Assembly: GCA_010031735.1 (NCBI GenBank)
Contig: RGZB01000003.1
Location: 2,259-66,258, forward strand
Direction: 5' to 3'
DNA: 64,000 nucleotides
Source of the DNA: Pseudomonadota bacterium
GTDB lineage: Bacteria; Pseudomonadota; Alphaproteobacteria; Rickettsiales; RGZB01
Each line of letters opens with the position of its first letter. Position 1 is the first letter of the stretch. A program made the position numbers and the translations under genes. The notes beneath the pieces were generated by a model, which worked only from the letters and a program-made list of their open reading frames with translations, ran no database searches and had not been told where the DNA came from. Below are positions 47,304-56,097 of this stretch, piece after piece.

Positions 47304-49544
47304 ATGGCTGATTTAGAAGATATTGGACATATACCAGGCGCCGATCCAGACGACGATAGCCCCTATGCCGGTTATACAGCACGTGATGAAGAAAACGAAT
47401 TCGAGCGTATCCGCAATCGCGGCAAGGCGAAAGGCAAAGCACCAGAGCTGCCGAAAGGTCCGAGCGCAAGTTACAAAACCCTTTCGTATGAGCTTTCGGT
47501 CGCATCCGCAAAAAACCGCTTGAGCCTGAGTGGTAACGCAGAAGCGGCACTCACGACCGTGGGCGGATATCTTGATACTGTCGATGAATACAGCACCAAA
47601 CCCGCCCGTGAATTCTTATGGTCGGCATTCCGTGACTGTATGACGGCCTCCAAATGTTCCGGTGAACTTGCCATGCTCGAAGCGGTGTGGGGCACCTTCT
47701 TTGGCTTCAATGCGCCGGATATCGAAACTGCACCAGGACCGACATTCGCGGAATATGCCTACAAAGAGTTGCCAAAGGATTTACGCAAGCAGCTCGAGCA
47801 GAAAGGCAATGAAGACGCGAAGGCCGATATGATGAGACATTTGGAACTAAGCGGCCTTGAAATGTACAATGAACTAAATGACCATGGCCTCTCGAAACAA
47901 GAAAAACTTCGTCTGATCGCACAGGCCGGTGCCAGTTTCGGCCGTAGTATCGATGCCAATAAATCAAACGTCCATCATAGCGCAGATGGGAGACCTGTTA
48001 TTGAATACACCGATTCCGAAGGTAAAAAATTAAACCTTGCTAGATGGGGAGAATGCCAAACGGCGATCAATGATGCACTTGGCAAAAACATGACCAACAA
48101 GGGGACAAAATGGCCCTTCCAGGTTGTACGTGATGAACCCACGATGATTCCCAAATCGAAGGATGGTCCTGGCCCTGAAACGCCGGGAACCGATGGTCCT
48201 GGTGATGGCCCGGGCCCGCGTGATCCGGGTGGCGATACCACCCCAGGCCCACGCAGCGATGTGATTCCGCCAACGACCGATGATACGACCCCGCCACCCA
48301 CCGATCTGGTGCCGCCGGTGCCGGTTCCGCCGGTGCCTTCGGATAGAACACCGACGGATGAATCACGCACGTCAGAAATCGCCGCACTCTTTAACGAAGC
48401 GGGCATCACACCGGAACAATTCAACGCCCTCATCGCAGGTCTAGGCAAAACCGTCGAACGCGAAGAGATGACCATCACAAATCCTGCGGATGGCAGCAGC
48501 AGCACGAGCACCGTGCTCATGCTGGTTGAAGGTGACACCCGGACCGAACTCACGAAAGATCAGCTGAAAGATCTGCTTGAACAGCTCGCTGCAGATCCTG
48601 CTTCGCTTGAGAAGATCGAAGCTTACCGTAAAGCCAATGATGTCACTGCAAACTATGAAGGCCTCGTTGCCGCTTGCGAGATGGATACGACTGCGCAAGC
48701 AGCGGTGCTGAATGCCTCTGGCAAACCGCCGGTGATTGCGTTTGATGACGATGGCATGGTGGTCGCCCAATTCGATACGTCGAAGCCACCTGTAAAATAC
48801 GAGCTTGCGGACGTCATTGCATTCCTCGCAACCCACGATCCGGAACGTTTAGCGGGCTTTTCAGAACAACTCGAGGTAGTCGCTGCTTCCCTTGGTATCG
48901 ATACCGAGGGCAAACGCGCGAATGAGATCATCGTGAATGTCGTGAACGAGAAGATGCGCGAAGCCAACAAAGACGTCGAACAAGAGCGTGTCGTCAACAT
49001 GCTCGTCGATGAGGCGATAAAATATGGTGTACCGGTCACCGACAGGGCCACACTGGTTGAGCAATTGAAGGATCCGGTGGCACTGGATGAGAACCGCACG
49101 ACGATTGTGGCAGGCAAAGCGGTAGAATACGGCCTACTCTCCGACAAAACACTCGACGCCGAAACGGTGAAAGAACGCTTAGAGAAACCACAGAACCGCG
49201 AAATGCTCGGCACCTTGCAAGATGAGATCGTCAAGCGTGAAGAACGTGTCACCTTGCTGCTTGAGAAAATCGAAGAGTATGGTTTAGCGGAACGAGATCG
49301 CGATACGCTTCTCACCGATAAAGACACACGTAAAGCCGTTGAAGCAGAAGTGATTGCTGAATCACGTGCAGAAAGAGCCGCTTCACGCGCGGCAGAACGT
49401 GATGCGGGTGACGATCTGGACCGCCTGATCGAATCCCTCCGTGATACCGCAAGGGATACGGCTGTAGGCACAATTGAACCTTCTTCTAAACTGAAAAGCG
49501 CACCAACACCGGAACGCAAGGCCTCCCCTACGCTTAAAATCTAA
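47304..49544 (+). CDS. Hypothetical acidic 747-aa protein with central Pro/Thr/Gly/Asp-rich linker
   Basis: ATG 47304 is preceded by AAAGGA; the track start TTG 47220 lies inside the upstream hairpin. The N-terminal ~300-aa region is globular with Cys/His residues. The linker is GPGPETPGTDGPGDGPGPRDPGGDTTPGP...PPVPVPPVPS. The C-terminal half is helical with degenerate YG(V/L)...D(R/K)xTL repeats. Confidence 0.65.
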   Translation: MADLEDIGHIPGADPDDDSPYAGYTARDEENEFERIRNRGKAKGKAPELPKGPSASYKTLSYELSVASAKNRLSLSGNAEAALTTVGGYLDTVDEYSTKPAREFLWSAFRDCMTASKCSGELAMLEAVWGTFFGFNAPDIETAPGPTFAEYAYKELPKDLRKQLEQKGNEDAKADMMRHLELSGLEMYNELNDHGLSKQEKLRLIAQAGASFGRSIDANKSNVHHSADGRPVIEYTDSEGKKLNLARWGECQTAINDALGKNMTNKGTKWPFQVVRDEPTMIPKSKDGPGPETPGTDGPGDGPGPRDPGGDTTPGPRSDVIPPTTDDTTPPPTDLVPPVPVPPVPSDRTPTDESRTSEIAALFNEAGITPEQFNALIAGLGKTVEREEMTITNPADGSSSTSTVLMLVEGDTRTELTKDQLKDLLEQLAADPASLEKIEAYRKANDVTANYEGLVAACEMDTTAQAAVLNASGKPPVIAFDDDGMVVAQFDTSKPPVKYELADVIAFLATHDPERLAGFSEQLEVVAASLGIDTEGKRANEIIVNVVNEKMREANKDVEQERVVNMLVDEAIKYGVPVTDRATLVEQLKDPVALDENRTTIVAGKAVEYGLLSDKTLDAETVKERLEKPQNREMLGTLQDEIVKREERVTLLLEKIEEYGLAERDRDTLLTDKDTRKAVEAEVIAESRAERAASRAAERDAGDDLDRLIESLRDTARDTAVGTIEPSSKLKSAPTPERKASPTLKI

Positions 49545-49590
49545 CATCAATACTATAGCGCAGAACAGCCCTTCATGCTAAAAAGCGGAC

Positions 49591-50787
49591 ATGAAGAAGG
49601 CAACGACCACCTCATGTGATATCACTATCGTTGGCGGCGGCATGGCCGGACTCACGCTGGCGCTTGCGCTCGCACCGCTGGAGCTTTCCATTACCATCGT
49701 AGAAGCACAGAGCCCAGAAAGCCTTACTTCCACAGCATACGATGGCAGGACCAGCGCCATCGCGTATGGTTCACGCTTGGTGTTCGAATCCCTCGGTGTA
49801 TGGGAATCCATGGCCAAGGATTCAGGAGAGATCCGCGACATCCGCATCGCGAACAACCACTCTCCCCTTTATCTGCATTACGACCATCGTCTCGTAGGTA
49901 AAGAGCCGATGGGGCATATCATCGAGAATCGTTTCATCCGCCAGGCGCTTTTCAGTGCCATCAAAAAACACAAGAACATACGCCTGCTTGCGCCAGAAAT
50001 GTGCAGCGGCCTGTCCCTCTCTGCACATCGGGCTGCCCTGAGGCTGAAATCCGGAAAGAACATAGAGACGTCCCTCCTCGTCAGTGCGGAAGGCAAGCAT
50101 TCCCGTCTTCGCAGTATCGCCGGTATGACTGTACGCGAGCGTGATTATGGCCAAACAGCAATCGTCTGCGTGGCAAAGCATAAAAAACACCATAATGGTG
50201 TAGCGGTAGAACAATTCCTTCCGGCTGGTCCCTTCGCCATCCTGCCGATGGGGGGTGGGCATCATTCCTCCCTCGTATGGACCGAGACCCGCGACCGCGC
50301 ACCACACTATCTTGCGATGTCTGATGCGGATTTCAATTTCGAGCTGCAGAAGCGCTTCGGACAATTCCTCGGTCCGGTGGAAATCAAAGGCAACCGCTGG
50401 TCCTATCCGCTTTCGCTGACCTATGCAACACGCTATGTCGCTGACCGTTTTGTGCTGGTGGGCGATGCTGCACACTCCATCCATCCCATCGCCGGTCAAG
50501 GACTGAACCTTGGCATCCGCGATGTGGCCCTACTCTCTGAATTGATCCGTGAACGCGCACTCTTGGGGCTCGATTTCGCAAGCCCGGACGCCCTTTCCAC
50601 CTATGAATCGCGCCGGATGAGCGACTCCAACCTGATGATTTCTGCAACCGACGGTCTGAATCTCCTGTTTTCCAACCAAAGCAAAATGCTAGGTACACTA
50701 CGGAAATTCGGGCTTTTCACGGTTGATAAGGTCGCACCGCTCAAAAAGGTGCTGATCAAGCATGCCATGGGCACTCTCTACGACTAA
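49591..50787 (+). CDS. UbiH/UbiF/VisC/COQ6-family FAD-dependent ubiquinone biosynthesis hydroxylase
   Basis: 398 aa with GxGxxG in DITIVGGGMAGLTLAL and GDAAHSIHPIAGQGLNLG. Confidence 0.88.
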   Translation: MKKATTTSCDITIVGGGMAGLTLALALAPLELSITIVEAQSPESLTSTAYDGRTSAIAYGSRLVFESLGVWESMAKDSGEIRDIRIANNHSPLYLHYDHRLVGKEPMGHIIENRFIRQALFSAIKKHKNIRLLAPEMCSGLSLSAHRAALRLKSGKNIETSLLVSAEGKHSRLRSIAGMTVRERDYGQTAIVCVAKHKKHHNGVAVEQFLPAGPFAILPMGGGHHSSLVWTETRDRAPHYLAMSDADFNFELQKRFGQFLGPVEIKGNRWSYPLSLTYATRYVADRFVLVGDAAHSIHPIAGQGLNLGIRDVALLSELIRERALLGLDFASPDALSTYESRRMSDSNLMISATDGLNLLFSNQSKMLGTLRKFGLFTVDKVAPLKKVLIKHAMGTLYD

Positions 50788-50951
50788 AAGTCAGGCTGAG
50801 AGCCAAACTGTAACAAATATTTAACCAAATTTCCGGCCACTATCAATTGACAGCAGCCGCCCCATGCTTTAGTTAGCTAATCAACGCTGCGCGCCATTTC
50901 TTACGGTGCCAGGACGCAATATTTTTGAACCCTCTTGGAGATACTTTTTTT

Positions 50952-53288
50952 ATGTCATACATCCTCGGCACTGAACTTGCAGATACCCTTCTCGGAACCA
51001 TCGATGCAGATACGATCATCGGCCTCGGCGGCAACGATTCCATTGAAGGCGACGATGGCAATGACCAAATCTCCGGCGGCACAGGCAATAACACCATCCA
51101 CGGCGGCGGCGGCAACGATTACATCATCGTAGAAGGCGATGGTTATAACGTCATCGACGGCGGTGAAGGCGATAACTCCATTTTCGGCGGCAGCTGCGAT
51201 GATACGATCACCGCAGGCTCCGGCTTCAACCAGATCAGTGCGGGCGATGGCGACAACAAAGTAACCGTCCTTGGACCTTCTTATATCGCGGTGGGCGTAA
51301 ATAACGACACGGTAACCACGGGTGCGGGCAATGATGTAGTCATCGATACCGGTGGCAGGAACATCATCGATGTGGGTAACGGCAATAACACCGTTATCGT
51401 GGGCGATGGTGCCGGTAGCAGCATCACTTCCGGCTCCGGCGCAGACACGATCTTCGGTGCCAACGGCGCTGATACCATCCATAGCGGTGCGGGTAACGAT
51501 ATCATCGATACGGGTGCAGGTAATAACGTGGTCGATGCCGGTGCCGGCAACGACGTAGTCGGTTCTGGTGCGGGCAACGACACCATCGTCGGCGGTGACG
51601 ATAACGATCTCATCTACATCTCTGGCGGCAGCGACGTATACACGGGCGGTGCGGGCCATGATGAACTGAACGGCTACTACCACGCAGGTGCGGTGAATAT
51701 CTCCTTCTCCGACGATAACGGCGGTATTATCGGCAAACCAGATGGCTATGCCTCTTTCAGCGGTTTTGAGGTGATCACCGCAACGACCGGCGACGATGTG
51801 ATCTACGCGGTCAGTACGACCACTGCTCACCAGTTCAACGGCCTCGATGGTAACGACACGATTTACGGCGGTTCCGGCGACGATACGATCTTCGGCGGCA
51901 ACGGACACGACTTCATCAACGCCGGCGACGGTAACAATGCGATCGCAGCTGATGAGGGCAACAACACGGTCATCTCCGGAAATGGCAACGATTATGTCTA
52001 CGCTGGCGCAGGTAACGATGTCATCACCACCAACGGCGGTGTCGATATCGTATTTGCTGGCGATGGCAACAACCTGATCGACCTCGGTGATGGTAATGAC
52101 TACGCACTCGGTGGTTCGGGCAATGACACCATACTCGGTGGTGCAGGTAACGACCAGATCGAAGGCGGTGCGGGTAACGACTCCATCACCGCCGGTACCG
52201 GTGCTGATACCATCTTCGCAGGTGCTGGCAACGACACGATCGATGCAGGCTGCAGCTGCGATACCAACGAATATAACGGCCAGCACTACACCGCAGGCGG
52301 CATCCATGTGACCTACACGGGCGAAGCCATCGGTAACGTAGTAAAAGCAGGTACGGATGTCGATCAATTCACCGGCATCACCACCTTCATCGGCACGAAT
52401 GCAAACGACACGATCGATGCATCGGCAACCGGCAATGGCAAATACCTCGCAGGCGCAGATGGCAACGACACCATCCTCGGCGGTGCAGGCGACGATACGA
52501 TCTTCGGTGGCTCTGGCCATAACGTGATCGATGCGGGCAATGGCAACAATGCTATCGCGGCAGGCGAAGATGGCAACACCGTACAATCCGGTTCAGGTAA
52601 CGACTACATCTACGGCGGCGCAGGGGACGACATCATCCAGTCCGGCAGCGGTGACGATATCGTATTTGCATGGGCAGGTAACGATACCATCGTCGCAGGT
52701 GACGGCAACGATTACGTTTCCGCAGGCGACGGTGACGATGCGGTCAATTCCGGCACCGGCAACGACCTGGTCGACGGCGGCAACGGCAATGACGTGCTCT
52801 TTACTGACACCGGCAACGACACCGTATATGCAGGCGACGGCAACGATTCTGTTTATGCAGCGGAAGGCGATGACCTGGTATTCGGTCAGAACGGCAACGA
52901 TGTGATCGACGGCTTCTCTGGTAACGACACGATTTACGGTGGCGATGGTGCTGATAACATCACCGGCAACACCGGCTCCGATGTGCTCGTGGGTGGCGCT
53001 GGTGCAGACGTACTCTCCGGCGGCTCTGAAGCGGATATCTTCTATTATGAAGCGAAAACCGATTCAACGGCGTCGGCGACCGACCTCATCACGGACTTCC
53101 AGCAAACCATCGACCTGATCAACGTCTATGCCCTTGGCTATACCGGCATTCAGGCGGGTGCGTCTTCAGGCACGATCCTGGGCTACATGCAGTCACTCGG
53201 TATTACGATTGTGGAAGGCCAAGGCGGTTTCGTGCTGAACTTAAGCGGCAACTACACGCTCACCGACGCGGATTTCATCCACGCCTAA
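50952..53288 (+). CDS. RTX-type calcium-binding beta-roll repeat protein (probable T1SS substrate)
   Basis: 778 aa from ATG 50952. It contains dozens of GGxGxD-type nonapeptides (GGAGNDTI, GGSGDDTIFGG) with no N-terminal signal peptide. The non-repeat C-terminal region is DLITDFQQTIDLINV...TLTDADFIHA. Confidence 0.85.
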   Translation: MSYILGTELADTLLGTIDADTIIGLGGNDSIEGDDGNDQISGGTGNNTIHGGGGNDYIIVEGDGYNVIDGGEGDNSIFGGSCDDTITAGSGFNQISAGDGDNKVTVLGPSYIAVGVNNDTVTTGAGNDVVIDTGGRNIIDVGNGNNTVIVGDGAGSSITSGSGADTIFGANGADTIHSGAGNDIIDTGAGNNVVDAGAGNDVVGSGAGNDTIVGGDDNDLIYISGGSDVYTGGAGHDELNGYYHAGAVNISFSDDNGGIIGKPDGYASFSGFEVITATTGDDVIYAVSTTTAHQFNGLDGNDTIYGGSGDDTIFGGNGHDFINAGDGNNAIAADEGNNTVISGNGNDYVYAGAGNDVITTNGGVDIVFAGDGNNLIDLGDGNDYALGGSGNDTILGGAGNDQIEGGAGNDSITAGTGADTIFAGAGNDTIDAGCSCDTNEYNGQHYTAGGIHVTYTGEAIGNVVKAGTDVDQFTGITTFIGTNANDTIDASATGNGKYLAGADGNDTILGGAGDDTIFGGSGHNVIDAGNGNNAIAAGEDGNTVQSGSGNDYIYGGAGDDIIQSGSGDDIVFAWAGNDTIVAGDGNDYVSAGDGDDAVNSGTGNDLVDGGNGNDVLFTDTGNDTVYAGDGNDSVYAAEGDDLVFGQNGNDVIDGFSGNDTIYGGDGADNITGNTGSDVLVGGAGADVLSGGSEADIFYYEAKTDSTASATDLITDFQQTIDLINVYALGYTGIQAGASSGTILGYMQSLGITIVEGQGGFVLNLSGNYTLTDADFIHA
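51021..53041 (+). repeat. Coding array of 27-nt-period RTX nonapeptide repeats with an internal large-module duplication
   Basis: GGCrrCGAyAC-type units recur throughout. Two long blocks, beginning near 51840 and 52450, are collinear at protein level (DGNDTI(Y/L)GG(S/A)GDDTIFGG(N/S)GH...INAGDGNNAIAA / IDAGNGNNAIAA). Confidence 0.8.
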
Positions 53289-53301
53289 GAGACGAATCTA
53301 C

Positions 53302-53493
53302 CTATTCATCCAATCTACGAGCGGCATCTACCAGCATAATGGGGATGCCGTCCTGTATGGGATAGGCAAGTCTCGCCTTCTCGCTGACCAGTTCCTGGCG
53401 GTTGCGGTCATAGCTAAGCGGCCCCTTGGTCAGTGGGCATACGAGAATCTCGAGTAACTTCGGATCGACTTCTTTGCGGGTCTGGTTTGTCAT
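53302..53493 (-). CDS. Trm112/YcaR (UPF0434) family small protein
   Basis: [43 protein letters not shown] prefer the internal Met at 53493 (63 aa) over the track start at 53553. Confidence 0.8.
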   Translation of the reverse strand: MTNQTRKEVDPKLLEILVCPLTKGPLSYDRNRQELVSEKARLAYPIQDGIPIMLVDAARRLDE

Positions 53494-53569
53494 AAAAGCA
53501 GGAATACCAGCCGGGGGCCTATATTTCAACCCTGCTAAACACCCCCACAGCACCTTCCTTAAAAGGGGC

Positions 53570-53597
53570 TTGCAAACTGCAAAACTTTGCGTATTAT
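53570..53597 (+). promoter_or_regulatory. Sigma70-like promoter for tRNA-Gly
   Basis: TTGCAA (53570-53575), a 16-nt spacer, then TATTAT (53592-53597), about 34 nt upstream of the tRNA 5' end. Confidence 0.45.
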
Positions 53598-53630
53598 CTG
53601 CCTTCCCTTCTTGGCAATTATTTGTTTTGA

Positions 53631-53705
53631 GCGGGTGTAGCTCAGGGGTAGAGCATCACCTTGCCAAGGTGAGGGTCGCGCGTTCGAATCGCGTCACCCG
53701 CTCCA
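53631..53705 (+). tRNA. tRNA-Gly (anticodon GCC)
   Basis: GCGGGTGTAGCTCAGGGGTAGAGCATCACCTTGCCAAGGTGAGGGTCGCGCGTTCGAATCGCGTCACCCGCTCCA. The acceptor stem pairs GCGGGTG with CACCCGC, the anticodon loop is TTGCCAA, and CCA is encoded. Confidence 0.95.
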
Positions 53706-53716
53706 TTTCTTTCAAG

Positions 53717-53752
53717 CCGGTCATTTGCGACCGGATTTCTTCTTTCTTTTCT
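53717..53752 (+). terminator. Rho-independent terminator of tRNA-Gly
   Basis: Stem ccggtc/gaccgg (53717-53722 with 53729-53734), a 6-nt loop, then the T-rich tract tttcttctttcttttctt. The tract overlaps the last codons (Lys/Arg-rich tail) and stop of the convergent acyltransferase gene. Confidence 0.55.
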
Positions 53753-54833
53753 TAGCCGCGGTCGTAAACACCTGCAGTACACTGATGTCTTTTGCCAACA
53801 GCTGGCGGAAAGGCACTTCGACATAACGGTAGAATAACGGCGCTATAGCCATCATACACACCATCATCAATGGAATCAGTACCCACTTATTCATATAAGG
53901 GTATAGTTTTTCAATCAGCATGTAGCCACAGGTTCCATGCAGCAAATAAAGCGGGTACGAAGCATTCCCGAGTGCCGTCACATATTTTGTATGTTTGAAT
54001 ACGGGTGGTTTCCACACCCAAAATACCAATAAAGCAAAGAAGAGATAGAATAGTACACAGCTAAGCATGAGATTGTACGGCTGGTCTACAATCTTTGCCC
54101 ACAGATTGTTCTTTAGTCCAAATCCCTGGCGTATTTCGTATCCAGCCAGTACGAGAGAGAACCCCACCACCACAACGCGGAGCCATGTTACCCCTTTGGC
54201 GCGTATATTGAACACCATCGCACCCAGGGCGAAATAACAGAGGAATTGCTGCAGTGTAATGAGTCTAATCCTTTCGATAGCAACGGTTTTTGCAGGATCT
54301 ACGATATAAAATGCCGCAGACCAAATCAGCCCCAAAAGCAGGGCATATTCAAAACGTTTTATCTGTTTCGATAAAATGAGCAGCCCAACGAATGCATAAA
54401 AGATCAGTTCATAAATCAACGTCCAATACACCCCATCCAGGTCTTTTACATAAAAGAGCTTTTGCAACAGGGTAAGATTGAGCACGTACTGCTTGAATTC
54501 CACCGTACGATAATCGGAAATGCTGGCTGCCAGGTAGCTAAGGGTACAGCATACCCAATAAGCCGGAAGGAGTCGTAACGCACGCGCACGTATGAATTGG
54601 CGCAGGGTCTTATCGCGCGATGAATACGCAATCACAAAACCGCTGATAACGAAAAACATCTCCACCCCAAGTGTGCCATAACTTGCGATATGCCCCACTA
54701 TCGGGAAACGCAGGTCGTAATTGCCGATATTAAATGGATAGACGTTTCCGATGAAAAAGAAATAATGATAGAACACCACAAGGCATGCGCACCCGAAGCG
54801 CATCAAATCCAGTCCGTAGAATCGCTGTTTCAC
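53721..54833 (-). CDS. Membrane acyltransferase family 3 (OafA/NolL-like O-acyltransferase)
   Basis: 370 aa, about 10 TM segments. The N-terminus is typical: FYGLDLMRFGCACLVVFYHYF...GVEMFFVISGFVI. Spot GC is about 40-43%, against about 60% in adjacent icd. Confidence 0.8.
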   Translation of the reverse strand: MKQRFYGLDLMRFGCACLVVFYHYFFFIGNVYPFNIGNYDLRFPIVGHIASYGTLGVEMFFVISGFVIAYSSRDKTLRQFIRARALRLLPAYWVCCTLSYLAASISDYRTVEFKQYVLNLTLLQKLFYVKDLDGVYWTLIYELIFYAFVGLLILSKQIKRFEYALLLGLIWSAAFYIVDPAKTVAIERIRLITLQQFLCYFALGAMVFNIRAKGVTWLRVVVVGFSLVLAGYEIRQGFGLKNNLWAKIVDQPYNLMLSCVLFYLFFALLVFWVWKPPVFKHTKYVTALGNASYPLYLLHGTCGYMLIEKLYPYMNKWVLIPLMMVCMMAIAPLFYRYVEVPFRQLLAKDISVLQVFTTAAKKRKKKSGRK

Positions 54834-54840
54834 CGTTTAA

Positions 54841-56052
54841 CTATTTCAGTTTTGCGGCCACGGCATCGATGAATTCTTCGGTGGATGCTTTGCCACCCAC
54901 ATCGTCCGTACCTTTGCCGTTCTGCATCAGATCGTACATCGCGGTGCGGATCTTGCCCGTGAAAGCCGAGACTTCTGCGAGCTTCTTTTCATCCACCAGT
55001 TTGGCGCTGTGGTTCATGGCTTTGATGAGCGCATCCACCATGCCGAGCGGGTTCAGGCTCGTACGTGCACCTTTCAGGCGCTGTACTTCCATATCGGAAA
55101 CCGTACCGTGCGAAGCTTCGAATTCTTTGATCGCACTGCCATTTGCTGCAATACCCACCAGGCAGGAGTCGAGGAATGCCGGGGAGCGGTGCACTTGGCT
55201 CACTTCGTCCGTCAACACGTCGCCATCATAGTTATGCGCGACCATGCCGAACCCGCCGTCTTTCCATACCACGATCTTCATCGTCGCAGAATCCGATAAG
55301 AGATGCGACAGTTCGCCGCCGGTTTTCTCGAGCAGGCCTTTGGCGCGGAACTTCTCACGATAGTGCTTATCGAACACCTCCTTCATGATCTGCCAGAAGG
55401 GCTCCTGCCATTTGAACACGGTTTTCTTGGTCACGACATGCGGCACCACCCCCGCCTCCAATGTACGCGAGAAGAAATGGTGCGCAAGCGGCTCCACGTT
55501 GTCGTATGGGTTATGGTAGGTGACCGCCGCATTCACTTTATCGTCGAGTGCACGCTCATCCACCGTCACCTCTGCACCGCCATCGGCCGGGATGAACTTG
55601 GTAACAAGTTTACCTTTACCCACGATTTTCGCCCCGGCGCCATATTCACCACCCACGGCATGGCGGTCGAACAGTACCTGTTTGGCATAACCGAGTTTCA
55701 GGCCCGGCACGTGGATCGTATCGCGGCTGATGGAAATACCATTCCACCCACGTCGCATCGCACCGTTCGGTGAACCCCACGCCTTGGACAAACCGAGTTC
55801 TTTCACTTGATCCGCCGTCGGCGTGATGGTCGGTTCTTTGAAGATCGCACCGATCTTGGCACCGGCAGCGATGATGTCCTTCAACACCTGGTCGTTGGTT
55901 TTGTCGCGGTTCTTACAGGAAAGATCAAAACGTTGCCATGCACTGGTATCGACATTCGGCTCGATCCATTTCTGCAGGATCAGTTCCATCGTGTAGCGGG
56001 TCATCTCCTCGCCTGCCACATAAACCATCGCCGGTGCTTTTAATTTTGCCAT
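54841..56052 (-). CDS. icd: NADP-dependent isocitrate dehydrogenase (type II homodimeric, ~400 aa)
   Basis: 403 aa with N-terminus MAKLKAPAMVYVAGEEMTRY and NYDGDVLTD. Its size class is typical of alphaproteobacterial and eukaryote-like IDH. Confidence 0.9.
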   Translation of the reverse strand: MAKLKAPAMVYVAGEEMTRYTMELILQKWIEPNVDTSAWQRFDLSCKNRDKTNDQVLKDIIAAGAKIGAIFKEPTITPTADQVKELGLSKAWGSPNGAMRRGWNGISISRDTIHVPGLKLGYAKQVLFDRHAVGGEYGAGAKIVGKGKLVTKFIPADGGAEVTVDERALDDKVNAAVTYHNPYDNVEPLAHHFFSRTLEAGVVPHVVTKKTVFKWQEPFWQIMKEVFDKHYREKFRAKGLLEKTGGELSHLLSDSATMKIVVWKDGGFGMVAHNYDGDVLTDEVSQVHRSPAFLDSCLVGIAANGSAIKEFEASHGTVSDMEVQRLKGARTSLNPLGMVDALIKAMNHSAKLVDEKKLAEVSAFTGKIRTAMYDLMQNGKGTDDVGGKASTEEFIDAVAAKLK

Positions 56053-56097
56053 GTCTGATCCTTTAACTACTTGTTATAAGATTATTTTCTAGCCGGA

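Noticed and set aside
50955-52586. 543-aa ORF antisense to the RTX gene, plus several shorter ones in the same region.
   Set aside because: This is a shadow frame created by the 9-codon Gly/Asp/Asn repeat periodicity. The product is low-complexity (V/I/A/D/R) with no start context, whereas the sense frame has unmistakable RTX motifs.
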